A DNA stretch of 64,000 nucleotides, taken from Sphyrna mokarran. Its lineage: Eukaryota. The stretch's first letter is position 1. Each line of letters starts with the position of its first letter. The notes beneath the pieces were generated by a model. The model did not search any database and was not told the DNA's origin. It worked only from the letters and a program-made list of their open reading frames with translations. The position numbers and the translations under genes are program-made. Of this stretch, positions 1 to 12,999 are shown piece by piece. The stretch is from NCBI GenBank assembly GCA_024679065.1, contig JAGIQG010000028.1, positions 23,002,001 through 23,066,000 of the forward strand. The letters run 5' to 3'.

Positions 1-2244
1 TGTTTTATACCTTTTTCATTTGACACCATCTCAATTAAATGTTAAAAAATGAGTTTTAGTCCTTGGGTGGTGATATCTCATATGTCCTGAAGGAAGAGTT
101 GGGTGATGAAGTTGTACTGTATGTAACTAATTATAGATTTATGGATGTCTGCTTTCAACTTAGTTTAAATAAACATTCTTTGAAATATACAGTTGAATGG
201 ACATAAGTTGACCTTTATGTCTGAGCAAAAACTGTTCTCATGATGCAAGAAGTCTGGAATATTTTTCAGTGTGCACTACTCCAATGCCACCACCCCTTTG
301 GTAAAAAACCTTTTGTTTTTAAAGACAAACTTGCATTGCGAATACATACTTGCTGTTTGCTTCAATTTTCAACCAATGAAAATTATCCTGTGATTAGTAC
401 TAGGAAGATGTTGCATTACGTGGATATAAAGCAGGAAACAGGAAAAAAATACAATGTTGTATTTCCATTGCATATGAAAGTAGTTGTGTAGCTAATCTGG
501 CCAGTTGACCAAAAAGCTGTAGGATGGAAAAAGTAGTGGTTGATTTCCTTAATGTTATATTAATGAGTTTTTTTTACCACTATAAAAGGACACCATAGAG
601 AATCGTGAATTTCTTAATGAATTTGAATCAGATTTAAAAATTTGAAAATATTCAATATTCCAGAATTGTCTATAGAAATCAAATCAGATGATATCACGCC
701 CATATCAGTTTTGGAGTTCACCAAGAGACTGAGAGATGCAGTTCTTGTGTTGTTCTAAATTCATTTCCATATTTTAAAACTAAAGAATTCCAGTTGGAAA
801 TGACACAAAATTATAGCAATTACCAAGATAACTAAGCACGTGGAGAGGGTTTAGTAGTTTTTGACCCGTAAAAATCAAGGCGGAAGGTATCATATCCAAT
901 TTAAAGAGAATTTTATCATTGGAAAGCTTTTTGACTGAAAATGTTTTAAGAGAACCCTAGAGATTGCATAGTGTAGGTTGGTCAGTTCAGTGTCATTTTA
1001 TTCACTGGCTATTTGGTCAGCCAGCTCGTGTGGCTGGTGGATTGATATGTCTGATAAAGGTGCCTCTGAATTCAAGCATATAAATGTGGAAAACACAGTC
1101 ACAGCATCTCAAGTGCTTTGCCCCTTTTGGAGCAATTTACTGAATCCATGCTTGTTATACTCTGTCGGTAAGAGAATACTGCATGCTAAAGAGAACCCAT
1201 CTGGTTGTCATATTAAATATGCTTCAATGCCTGGAGATTTAGTTAAACATGGTAAACATTGTACATAAAAGCCCATGTGGATCATTGTCAGAAAGCTGTT
1301 GTGTCACATGAATTTTTTTGCAAAATAAGGCTGTTTGTTGCAGATCACAGAAAATATCTTCAGCATAGTTTTATTGTTTCTCCAGGTTCATCGACATGCT
1401 GAAAGTGTAGTTTTGATTTAATGTTTATGAATGGAAATTCTAAAACAAAAGGCAAGAAGTACAGAGTTGACTGGTGAACTACAGACAAATGGAAATGATT
1501 GATTTCTGTGATTAGTCTGTCAGCAAAGAGCTGTACTTCGGGGAAGTGAACTATAAACCAGAATGCTGTAATATTTTTAATTATTAAGTTTATGTGCGTG
1601 AAAGTGGATTTCCATCAATTAAGAAACATAATGGTAACGTTGTGTAACTGGATACCACCTTAAGATGGCTTATTTTGGCAAACTGTTCCATGTGTATGGG
1701 TTGAAAAGCTTGCATCTGAATATAGCTACAGCTAGAACTGCTTGTTTGGCTTCTCAGGGCTAGTTTGAACTGGAAATATCCAGTTTGACTTGGCAACTGG
1801 CCATGTTACAGCGGTAATATGAGCTTCACTTCCTTCTCTGGTGGAGTCCTTGTGGTGCGGGTGTTGGGGGGGAGGCATGTGACTGGCATGAGTCTGTGGT
1901 TAACCAGGAAGGGGGAGGGGTTACATTCTCAGCCAGTGGACTGCGAAGAGCCTGTCAATTAACTTGCAGATGTTACTGCTGCCCAAAGAAGTCGAGCAGA
2001 CGTGGGGAAGAGTGGCTGAGTGCTCTGGAAATGACTGCAGAGATTAAATATCTTTATGAGGGATTTCCAACAGCTGTGCATGTTGCAACTTGGAAAAACC
2101 TTGCTTGTTATTTTTGAATTATTTTTGCATTTTTTTAATGTTTGGCTCCAAAGGGTTTCAAGTATACCATGTTAGGTACTTACTGAGTATAATTTATACA
2201 GTTCTAAGATCAGAGTTGTGGCTTTTGGTAATTTATCAAACAAT

Positions 2245-2541
2245 ATAGAATATCATAGAACCCTAAAGTGCAGAAAGAGGCCTTTCGGCCCATCGAGTCT
2301 GCACCGACCACAATCCCACTCAGGCCCCACCAATCCCTCTAACTTACGCATCCCAGGGCACTAAGGGGCAATTTTAGCATGCCAATCAACCTAACCCGCA
2401 CCACAGCACCTGGAGGAAATCCATGCAGACACGAGGAGAATGTGCAAACTCCACATGGGCAGTGACCCGAGACTGAAATCTTACCCAGGATCCTGGAGCT
2501 GTGAAGCAGCAGTGCTAACCACTGTGCTACCGTGCTGCCCC
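2245..2541 (-). mobile_element. HE1-like V-SINE, near full length
   Basis: Reverse strand reads ggggcagcacggtagcacagtggttagcactgct (tRNA-like head), V-domain ggagtttgcacattctcc, and CR1-type tail tctgcactttagggttctatg. Confidence 0.8.
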
Positions 2542-3228
2542 TATAAATGTACCAGTATTTACTGGTACATTTCTGTAGAATTAATTATGTTTAAGTCCAT
2601 TAATTAAATTGTATTTTTATTAGGGAGTTCCTTTGTTACCCCCTTCCGTAGATAAGCATCTGAAAAGATCAACTGTGAGCCCTATTGTACAATCGGAATG
2701 AATTGTTTTTCCTTTGTGCAAGTTGCTGCATTTTTAACCCACTACTGCACATTTACAAAATAAGTCATTTAGCTTTGATAGCTAAACTGTTAGATCTACG
2801 GGAACTTTTGCAATGCTATGAAAAGTCTCCTGCCTTTTCTTGTTCTCAGCCTCCACACACAGACGTGCATATTGCGAAGATGCAGTGTTGTAGTATGGCA
2901 TTAATTTGAATCTCTGAAAAATGCTTTACAGAGCCATTTAAAGTAATTGCATAATTTGCAAAAGGGCTCTGTTAACTCCCTACTAACTACCTTCCAGAAT
3001 CATATTAACTTTGCATTCAACAAGGTTGGAAGTGTTCATTGTATTAGCCATTTTAAAGTCAAATACAAAGTCAATGATTAGTCATTAATAATATATATCC
3101 CGTTCATTCATTTTCATAGTTTTTGCTTTCATAATGTCTGTATAAAGTTGTCACATTTCTCTTCATTTTGTTTCCTTTGTCTTGCATTTCTAGTTTGTCT
3201 CCCATGTTCTACCTTCCATAAAATTGAT

Positions 3229-3588
3229 GTCATCCAAAATCTGCTGCCCATATCCTTAACCACACAAAATCCCATTTACAATTGCTTCTGTACTAGTTGA
3301 TCAACACTGGCACTTAGTTAAGCAATGTCCCAATTTTAAATTTTTCATCCTTGTTTTCACATCCTTCCATTGCCTGCTCCTCCCTATCTATATAATCTCC
3401 TCCAGCCCTACAACTCTCCAAAATATCTTTGCACATCTAGTTCTGCTCACTTGAGTGTCCTTGACTTTAATCACTCCACTGATGTTCAGCTGCCTTGGCT
3501 CTAAGCTTTGGAATTATTTCTCTCAACCTCTCCAGTACCCTTCCTATCTTTCCTTTTTTAAATACACACCTTAAGCCTCACTTCGTTG
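3229..3588 (+). mobile_element. L2-clade LINE 3' fragment
   Basis: Decayed coding for IQNSAA..LT, HW, FKI.ILVF.S.H.L.PPYL, KLWN, typical of the L2 ORF2 C-terminus. Confidence 0.65.
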
Positions 3589-3589
3589 A

Positions 3590-4185
3590 GAAGGGAAAGA
3601 GAGAGTGCAGAATGTAGAGATACAGTCATAGCTAGGGTGTAGAGAAAAATCAAATTAATGCAAGGTAGGTCCATTCAAAAGTCTGACAGCAGCAGAGAAG
3701 AAGCTGTTCTTGAGTCGGTTGGTATGTGACCTCAGACCTTTATATCTTTTTCCCCGATGGAAGAAGGTGAAAGAGAGAATGTGCAGGGTGCAATGAGGTC
3801 CTTAATTATGTTGGCTGCTTTGCCAAGGCAACAAGAAGTGTAGACAGAGTCAATAGATGGGAGGCTGGTTTGTATAATGGATTGGGCTACATTCAGGACC
3901 TTTTGTAGTCCTTGCAGTCTTGGACAGAGCAGGAATCACACCAAGCTGTGCTTTCTATGGTGCATCTGTAAAAGTTGATGAGAGTCATAGCTGATTTCCA
4001 GCTAAATTTGCTTAATCTCCTGAGAAAGTAGCAGAGTTGGTGGCCTTTTGTAAGTGTCAGCATGGAGGCAAGTTGTTAATCTGGACACCTAAAAACCTGA
4101 AGCTCTCAACTCTTTCTACTTCGTTCCCATTGATATAGACAGGCATGTCTTCCTGTAGGCTTCCTGAAGTCGATGACAATCTCCT
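3590..4185 (-). mobile_element. Rex1/Babar-clade LINE 3' fragment
   Basis: Minus strand encodes decayed EIVIDFRK, VERVESFRFLGV, NFYRCTIES, SLPSIDSVYTS, LLPSGKRY, RLKNSFF.AAVRLLN. Confidence 0.7.
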
Positions 4186-5284
4186 ATTAACAAGTTGTCA
4201 ATATCTTTAGAAGCTGTGTTCAGTTGTACAAGTATTAGAACTGAAAAAGTTCTGAAGGAAATAGTAACTGAAAATTTCTACATGTTTGTGAAAATTACTC
4301 GTTTGCTTTCTTTAGTTAGCTTAAGAAAAATACTTTGTGGCAACTTGAAGTAAATTTGTACAATAACAAGAAAACCCTGCCATTTTCTTTTGTTCATAAA
4401 CATTTACTCATCTTTATAGTATGTTAAGATGTTTTGTCTGCATGCACTTTTTATATGGGTCAGTTCTGTTGTCACTAATTTTTCCATTATGAATTCCCAT
4501 GCTCATGTGTAGTGGAAATTGCCTATGTAAACTCATCACCTTGATTGCTCAGTTTGACTACTGTGCCGCACAGTCTGGCCATGAGCTGACAACGATTTGT
4601 AGAATATTTTTTCAACAGCCAATTCTTCCCCTCTGTAACTTACATTTTTGACATACAGTTTTTTAAAAATACCAATTTCACAATAACACAACAAACTTTC
4701 TCCATTCAGTTGTCCTTTGTGCCCTCTAAGGACTTCAATTAAGATTTTGCCTTAAGAATTCAGCCTCAGAGCTGTGAGCTGAATTATAATTTTGAAGCCT
4801 TCCGCATGTGCAGTGTATCTCCATTGTTAACCAGCTGTACTTGTGGATTATTTTTTGGCTTTAGAGTTTTTAATTGTTTTCACTTAGAAGTTTTTCATAA
4901 TTATTTGAAGATTAATTCATGGACCAATTCCAAAAGTGGTACTGGGATAAAATTCATCGTATTCCTTTTGGTTATGGCAAAAGGCAGAGTGTAGAAATTG
5001 GTCAGAGACTGGAAAAAAGATGAAAAGAAAGTCAGTTTCTCTTCAAGTAATGCTAATTTAATGTAAAATGAAGAATTTTGAAGCCTGCTAATTACTTCTC
5101 CTGTGTTTTCTTATATTAATGGTATTAAGGTTTTCACCTGTGACAAATTTGATATGAGACAGGAGAGAGAAAAATCTATAAATATAAATTTATATCATTT
5201 TAGTTTTATTTAAAGAAAGCATATTGAATTTTGAAAGCTTAAAGCATGATTATAGGAAATAAATAGATAGGAGTGGAGAGTGAA

Positions 5285-5415
5285 GGAAGCTATCACCAAG
5301 ACTGCCTACTTTCATATCTGTTATTGCCCACCTCTGATCCTGCATCAATCCATTCATCGGCTGCTCAAACTCTCACACACACCATTATTATATCTAGGCT
5401 TGTTTTATCCCAATG
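5285..5415 (+). mobile_element. Short L2 ORF2 fragment
   Basis: atcaccaagactgcctactttcat = ITKTAYFH, later SRL.Y.N. A related piece lies near 46440-46700. Confidence 0.45.
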
Positions 5416-5714
5416 CTTAACTATAATTGGATATGAAGAATGACATTATCTGAGGCACAAAGGGCGACTATAGAATTATTCAATTCAAAAAGGTTGTAAT
5501 AAAGTCTTTTTGAAAGTTGGTAAGATATAAGAATTGTGCAACAATGTCTCACTTACCTCGCCCAGCTCCATGGCATTTCCCTTGATTGTTCCACTCTTGT
5601 CAATTCAGTTGTAGTCAAGCTATTTGCAGCAATGGTTTCTCTTCCCAATTTAGACCATTAACTAATGAATCTCCCAAAAATTAATTCTTGACCCCCCTTC
5701 TTTATCTGGGATCA

Positions 5715-5970
5715 TAATTTGAGGACCTTTTAGAACTGAGCTGAGGAGCAATTTTTTCACCAACAGTGGTGAATTGTTGAATTCACTACCACAAAAAATA
5801 GTTGAGGCCAAAACATTGTATGATTTCAAGAAGAAATTAGATAAAGCTATTGGGGTTAAATGGATCAAGAGGTATGAGGGGAAAGTGGGATCAGGATATT
5901 GAATTTGATGACCAAAATTAATGGTGGAGCAGGCTCCGATTGGCTTAATGCTGTTTCTATTTTCTATGTA
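5715..5970 (+). mobile_element. CR1-clade LINE 3' end
   Basis: FRTELR..FF, NSLPQKIVEAKTLYDFKKKLD, then a tail ending ttctattttctatgt. Confidence 0.75.
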
Positions 5971-6837
5971 TCCTCTTCCTTGTTAACATCTTCAAAGCCT
6001 TGAGGTTTAACATGCAGTTATAACCTGACCTCGTCAAACACAGCATTTCCACCAACTTTCTCAATGCTTACACTTTATCCTGTCAAACTGAGGCTGACAG
6101 CCAGTCTTGTTGAGCCTAAGTATCCTGAATACTGGGAAAATTCTGTGGTCATGTCATCAATGTCTTTCTGCTCAGCCACTATTTCAGGCTGAACAAAGAC
6201 TGCTCACAACCTCTTATTATTTGAACTGAGCTTCTGACCTCATCTTGTTTGTCAAAAAGACAGCCACCACCCTCTCCTTGGCAATGCCGGTAAACCATCG
6301 CCATTACACATCAGTCCTATTACTGCCAGAAACCCAAAATTTTGCTTCCTATAACACCCAAGAACCTCGCTTTTTAATACAGCCATACCCTCACCTTTTG
6401 CATCCCGATTCCAGGGTTATCCCCTACTTTTCCAAATCATATCACTCCACTGTATTTCTTTTCATCTCCTTTTTGTTACCAGTTTAATATATTTTAACTA
6501 TCATTCTTCTATGGATCCTGAAAAGGCAACATTTAATATTTGAATAAATCTTTAATCAATATTTGCAATTTTCACCAAAATATGGACATAATGACATAAC
6601 TTGAATCTGAAGCTGCCACAAACACTTTTGGAACTGCCTCGTTCTCAAATCAGACCCTTGAAATATAGGAATCACAGGCTCTTATGAATCCAATTATACA
6701 TGTAAAGTGTTTATTTTATAGAATTGTTGCTTATTAGATTCACTGCAGCATTGTCTGCAGAAAGTATATTGTGTACAAGTGGATTACTAAGAAATAAATT
6801 TACTTAAACATTCGCCAAAATCTTGTTGCCATTTACA

Positions 6838-7006
6838 TTGGTGGAATCTTGCGGTCCTGCTGATGTGTACCCCACCATGAGTTGCCTGGCAGCAAGAGGT
6901 GCATTCAGTGGGAAACCCTAATATCTATGAAATCCTGCCATCCACGAGCAGTGCACTGCCTCCTGCTGACACCACACATGTCATAAGAGGGAGAAAAGAT
7001 CGCCCA
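6838..7006. mobile_element. Short MITE-like element, same family as 29714-29876
   Basis: Termini ggtggaatctt / aagatcgccc. The interior aligns by eye with the reverse complement of the 29.8 kb copy. Confidence 0.5.
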
Positions 7007-10000
7007 TTTTAAGAACCAAAATATTAAAGTTTAATTCATTTGCTGCTCTAAAAAGCACACTATTTTCTTGTTCAGTAATTGTTCAAGATTTGTGGTACGT
7101 CTCTACAAAAAACACATTACTTTCATTTTTGCATCATTTGTAGGGTGACTGGAATCACAACTTTTATTCAAGAAACCTCCTTAATGTCAGACAGTCAGTT
7201 GGAAATTTCAGCAGCAGCTATGAAATCAAGGGGGCTAAGAGAGTAAAATAGGTGCCATCCATCTTTAAATAGAACTCAATCCCGATATTTTGAATGATGT
7301 CATGAAGGCATGCATGTAAATGATGAAAAGAGTAAACAGTGGAGTCTGGTAGTAGACCAGCAACGGTCATATATGTAGGGATGAGAGAAACTAATGAATG
7401 TTGTGTTGGAGCACTGGTATGAGTGAGACCAGTAGAAAACAGTGTCAGTGAGGCTGCTGCAGAGGAGAGATGTAGACAAAGATGAAATGATAAATAGTGT
7501 CAAGGTTAAGTTGAGGGTAGTAAAAACCACAATTTTAGTCACATCGGGTAAAGATATGGAACAAACAGGCAGCAGAAAAGTTGTAGAGAAGGTTTTGAAT
7601 GTGCTGAAGTCCTAGTCCTTTGCATTTTCCAAGAAGATGGAACAAAGGAAAATAGGAAGAATAAAGAGCTCATTTTGTAAATTTGCAGCTTGTTCAGGTA
7701 TATGATCTGATGCTATGTTTTTGGTGTAATTTTATAGTGATTCAGAATTTTCACTTCAGTCGAGAAATTAATTTCTACAAGATAAGTGTGTATCATCTCA
7801 AATATGAAGTTTTCCATTTTACATAAGCCCTGACTTACATAGTGTTTGACGGGGGATTTCTCCAGACACAACCACACCCTCAGAACAATCCAGCTAATAA
7901 AATTGCATTTTTGTTTAGTTTCAAAATTTTATTTGGGTACCTCAGGACTAAAATCTTCCAGCTAATTTGCATCATTTACTGTAGTTGTAGAAATGTTTCA
8001 TTTTGACCAATGTTTTGGAAATTTATCCTAATATCTCCTCCTATGGGTCTGTGTAAAAATTTTAATAAACACATTAGTGGATGCACCTTGGAACATTGTT
8101 AAAGATGCTATATAAATGCAAGTTTTTGTTGTTGAGGTCTAAAGTTATTACTGTCAATATTTTTCAAATAATTTAGATCAACTACATCTTCCCTAGTAAA
8201 AGAGGTAATAGTAGTTGCTAATCTGGTGTGCCATCTAGCTTGGGATTGTGCTTTTGGTGATGGTTATGTAATGCTACATTCAAATCTTCCTTCAGGGACA
8301 CCTGCAGCTATGTGCGTTGGTGTAGTAAATCTGTTCTTGACATAGTTTAGGCATGTTTACTGTACTTATAATGAGTCACAGGATTTTTATTCAAAAGTAG
8401 ATATAATGACTTCCAAGAATTTTTCTCAAATAAGTATGGTGTCAGAAATCATTTAGACAATATCAGATTATGGCACTGAATATATACAGAAGCTGTTGGT
8501 CAACCTAATTAGTTTTCTAATTCTTTCTCTCGTGTATTTGTCAAACTGCTCCTTAAACACATTTGTTTTTATCTCTACTCAGGGTCAGTTATTTTTAGGT
8601 ACGTTCCAAAGTACAATTTGTGCTCACTGTGAAGATGTAAAGAACTATCAGTTTGGGCAATCTAGACAAATTTCGAACAAATTGCACAGTCAATTTCTAG
8701 GCTTGCACTATTTGGGCAAAATGCATCCTCCAGGAGATCATAAATTAAAATTTGAATGCAATAGGCTAAACTTTGCTGGAACTGCACATCTTATGGCATG
8801 CACCATTACCTGGTCTTTTATTTGCACCCTTCAGCTTGAATATAATTTGACGCAAAGCTTTCTGAAATTACTTCTGATAAGTGTTTGTTCTGTGAATATT
8901 CCACCTGATTATATTGTTGCAATGATGACTATACTTAGAAAGTACTTCATTGCCTCTAAAACACTCTTGAGACATCCCGAGGTCGTGAAAGGCACTGTTT
9001 TAAGTTTACTGGGTGTCTTCAGGGTCAACCCCACCACTTCTTTCTTTTATTTTGGACAAGTAGAATTTTGAGCCAATTCAGTTTTATGGACTGCTACTTA
9101 ATGAGAATAATCTGCAGGAACTGCCTTTTGAAAGATTCACAAACTATTGATGTTATATGTATGACACTAAAGATAATTGTACCCCTGGACTTACAAATCT
9201 ATATGTAAAGCAACAAATAAATTCATAGAAATCTTAGAGTGCAAAAAAAGGCCATTCAGCCCCTTGGGTTTCACTCATCCTATGTTGATTAATTTTTTTA
9301 AAGGCTTGATCTTTCAATTCAGGCTTGATCAGTGTTGAATGGAGGAACACTGATTTAGTGTATTTGTAAAATGTTTTTACAATGTCTGCATAATACATAT
9401 GAGAATGAACAGAGAATCGTTAATTCAATTGGAAGTTAATTTTACAAAATAACTTTTTTTCTAAATATACCAGGTTAAACAGTGCTTTTTGCTGAGCATT
9501 ATAGAAATGCCACTACTTAAATTCTGTTTAAATATTGTGATGCAGAAAATGAGTGCAGCGTGTAGTACAGGTCAGTGTTTTTCCAAACACATTCAACTGC
9601 TTGAGCAATTGTGTTAAACTGCGCTAATAATAGCTAGTATATGGGAGTTCCTTTTGGTATTTCTCCGGTTAAGGGAGTAAATCTGATTTGCAGTATTTTT
9701 ATAGCTGTCCTCTGAGTGTGGGATGTGGTTGACTTTACATAACTGACTCAATAGGCACAACTAACATCAGGTGCTAATCAGCTTATGCCTTTTCCAATTA
9801 AAACATTTTTTGGGTTAATCCTTTGTGGGCATTTTGAATATCTGTAAGGCTGACTATGTTGCTAGTATTAGGTTGGTAGAAATATCAATTCCAGAGTTCT
9901 ATTAGAAGTATTAAATACACCAAGTGATAAAGAATGAAATCTAATAACTTGTAGTTTATTTTTGAGAATCCTACCCAGTGCTGCATCAGCTGTTTGCCCT

Positions 10001-11004
10001 TGTTATACCGAGTTCAATTCCCACTGAGGTTTCTGAGTACAGTCTTTGTAACACTGACCCTGTGTTCATTATTTCATGACTCAGTACTATTTTCAGGTCT
10101 GTATGCATAATGTACCTCTTCCTCCTGTGAAGATAGTGCTTTGTTTGTGAATAGAGGCTGTGGAATACAGATCAAAATTTTGATGTATAATTATCCAAAT
10201 TAGATTTTATACAAACCACACATGGCTGCTAATTGGAGGGACAATTGAGAGTACAGAATTAAAAGTTGACATTGTATCAACAAAAAGTGGATTTGTGTAG
10301 ACCCCAAAATCATGTAGAATCTGGAAATGCAGATGTTAATTGCTTCAAAAAGCAAATAAGTGAATATATCTATAGCATATTATAAAACAATGCAGCCAAA
10401 CACTGAATATGTAAAAACACAAAAATATTCTGCATAGAAAATAAGTTTCTAGCCCGTAAGCACACTTGAGAAATTTTATTAAATATTTATGGTCCCATAA
10501 ACAGTCACTTAAAGATCCACAGAATAAAACCAGCCCTAACATTTACAGAAATAGATCTGTACTTATTGAGAGCGTTGGTTGTGAAATTATCAAAACTGTC
10601 TCAGTTTCAAAGTGGAATGTCTAAAATTTGTTTTTGGACTCTTCCCTGTTTCTCCAACTTGCTTGATTTTACATGCATCAAATGCAGTATTTTATATGTG
10701 TAGTGTGACTATATAAATTAGTTTCATATATATATATAAATATATGTGTGCATGTGACTATATTTCAAATGTAGTTAATTGGTTATCAAGTGCTTTGGAG
10801 CATCTTGAGCTTGTGAAAGGCACTTTATAAATATAAATTTGTTCTTATTGAACTGAAATTGAACGATTTCAGTATTCACTGAAATCAAACTTTATTGGGA
10901 GATTGATTATATGCGCTTAATTCACCCTGGTGAAATTTCTTGACTTCTGGAGAAAAAAACAAAATCCTGAATTATTCAAGTCAAGCTGCAACTGTGGAAG
11001 GGGA

Positions 11005-11350
11005 TATAAAGCTAACATTTCAGTTCACTGACTTATCATCAGAACTGATAAAAGTTCAAAATGTCATAGGTTTGAACCAAATATAAAAGCAGGAAAAGAG
11101 AGGAAAGAGTAGATCAAACAAGAGAGAAGGCCTGTGAAACAGTGGAAGGTAGAATCATAGAAATCAATAAAAAGCCTACAGTGCAAAAGGAGGCCATTTG
11201 ACCCATCAATCCCATCCAGGCTCTATCCCTGTATTTACTCTGCTGGTCCCCCAATATCAAGGGACAATTTAGCATTGTTAATTAACCTAATCCACACATC
11301 TTTGGAGCAATTAAATAACAAAAGAAATGATGGTGCAAGGCAAAAGGGAT
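11005..11350 (-). mobile_element. Penelope-like terminal fragment with a nested SINE tail (about 11150-11305)
   Basis: Reverse complement resembles 29090-29250; it is interrupted by tagaatcatagaa...ctacagtgcaaaaggaggccatt. Confidence 0.5.
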
Positions 11351-11874
11351 TCTAGGAAGGGGAAGTGTTGAGAATTAAAATGATGAGCATCAGAAAAATT
11401 ATGGAGGTCTGTTTGACAAACATGAATGTGTGATATTATGAGTCTAATTTTTCAAAATAAAGATATTTCAGGCAGCCCTCACAAGGCTCTGAACCTTAAG
11501 GCAAAACTTAGTATATGACAGTTGTGATGGTAATACCCTGAAAAATGTCATCATGACTTTGCCTTCCTAATCTAAAGACATTCTTGAAATCGGATTGGGT
11601 GGAAGTTTCGCTCGGTCATTTTTTTAGTCTGCTTGTAGGGCAGGCTGGCTGGTCAGCTTCGTGCCAACTTTGTTTCTGGGGAAAGTGGGAGGTTAATATT
11701 CAGGCTCCTTTTCTTTTTGACTTGTCTCTCTCGCTCGCTCTTTTCTCTTGCTCTCCCTTTTGTGTATCTCTCATTAATTATAAGGGCTGCTCTACCACAA
11801 GTATTGAAGAGGATTCATAGCACACCTTTGCATCCACCTTCTCAATCAGTGCTTGTTGTTTACATGCCTTCATT

Positions 11875-12260
11875 CATAATCATAGAACCATACAGTGCAG
11901 AAGAGGCCCTTCAGCCCATCGAGTTGGCATCTGCACATTAGAAACACCTGAAATCACATCAGTCAGCACTTAGCCCATAACTTGAATGTTATGATGTGCC
12001 AAGTGCTCATCCAAACGCTTTCTAAAGGATGCGAGGCAACCCAATTCTACTGCCCTTCCAGACAGTGCATTCCATACTGTCATCACCCTCTGGATAAAAA
12101 AGTTTTCTCTCACATTGCCCTTAAACCTTCTGTCCCCTCACTTAAATCTATGCCCCCTTGTGTTTGACCTTCAACTAAGGGGAACAGCTGCTGCTTTTTC
12201 ACTCTGTTCATGTCCCTCGTAATCGTGCACACTTCAATCAGGAAGTACCTTAGTCTTTGT
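11875..12260 (-). mobile_element. CR1-clade LINE 3' end
   Basis: Tail catagaaccatacagtgcagaagaggcc, then reverse-strand FFIQRV...WNAL motif. Confidence 0.65.
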
Positions 12261-12999
12261 CTCATGCCATTTTGCCCTGCCTCAGGGAGCTGCTGGTTTA
12301 TTTGATTGGTTAATTAAGGGCCTCAAATGTAGTGCATGTGGGTGTACTACTGTAGACTTTGTCTGTCCCCTGTAAAATTGCAGTCAGGTCAGGGACCAGT
12401 GGGAAGGTCGCCCAGAGAATATTATGGCTGCCCTTCTTTCAATTGCGCCAGCTGGTGATAGTAAAATTCTGCCCAGTGCATTTTTTATATCTTGGAACAG
12501 CATATCTTTAAAATTAATTTTCAGTTCATATATTTCATAGAAATATATATGCGATAAATATAAAATATTTGCTTTGACCATGTCTACAAGCAATTGATTT
12601 TGAAGTTCATTATTCTTGATCCCCTGCTTTTCCAAATTTGCATGTTAATACATTTGAATTACTCTGGGACAAATGCAAAGTGATTGAACCTCATAGAAAT
12701 TGCAAAATGAAAAAAGCTGTCCTTTCAGTCATCAACTAGGGACTTTCATTTTCATGCAGACTCAGGCAAACCAAATTAACAAAAAATACTTGGAAGGTCA
12801 GTTGAAGGAATGTGTTTGAGATCTTTGAATAAATGCTGAGGAACCAATTAGGGAGTGTTTTATTTTAGATTTGGTATTATATATTTCATTACATTATTAC
12901 ATTAGTGTTAATTTGTAGTTTTATAGTAAACTTTCTGCTGGGGAAATCTGATCATATGTTAAAATTTCATATCAAGTTTGAGAGTGATATAATTAACAT

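Noticed and set aside
1858-1921. G-quadruplex candidate
   Set aside because: The G-runs are separated by a loop of over 35 nt; weak support.
8496-9071. 191-aa ORF
   Set aside because: No recognisable domain, non-ATG start, and its end overlaps a SINE/L2 tail fragment.
7318-11400. Box C-like ATGATGA motifs (about 7320 and 11380) as intronic snoRNAs
   Set aside because: No suitably placed D box with a terminal stem was found.
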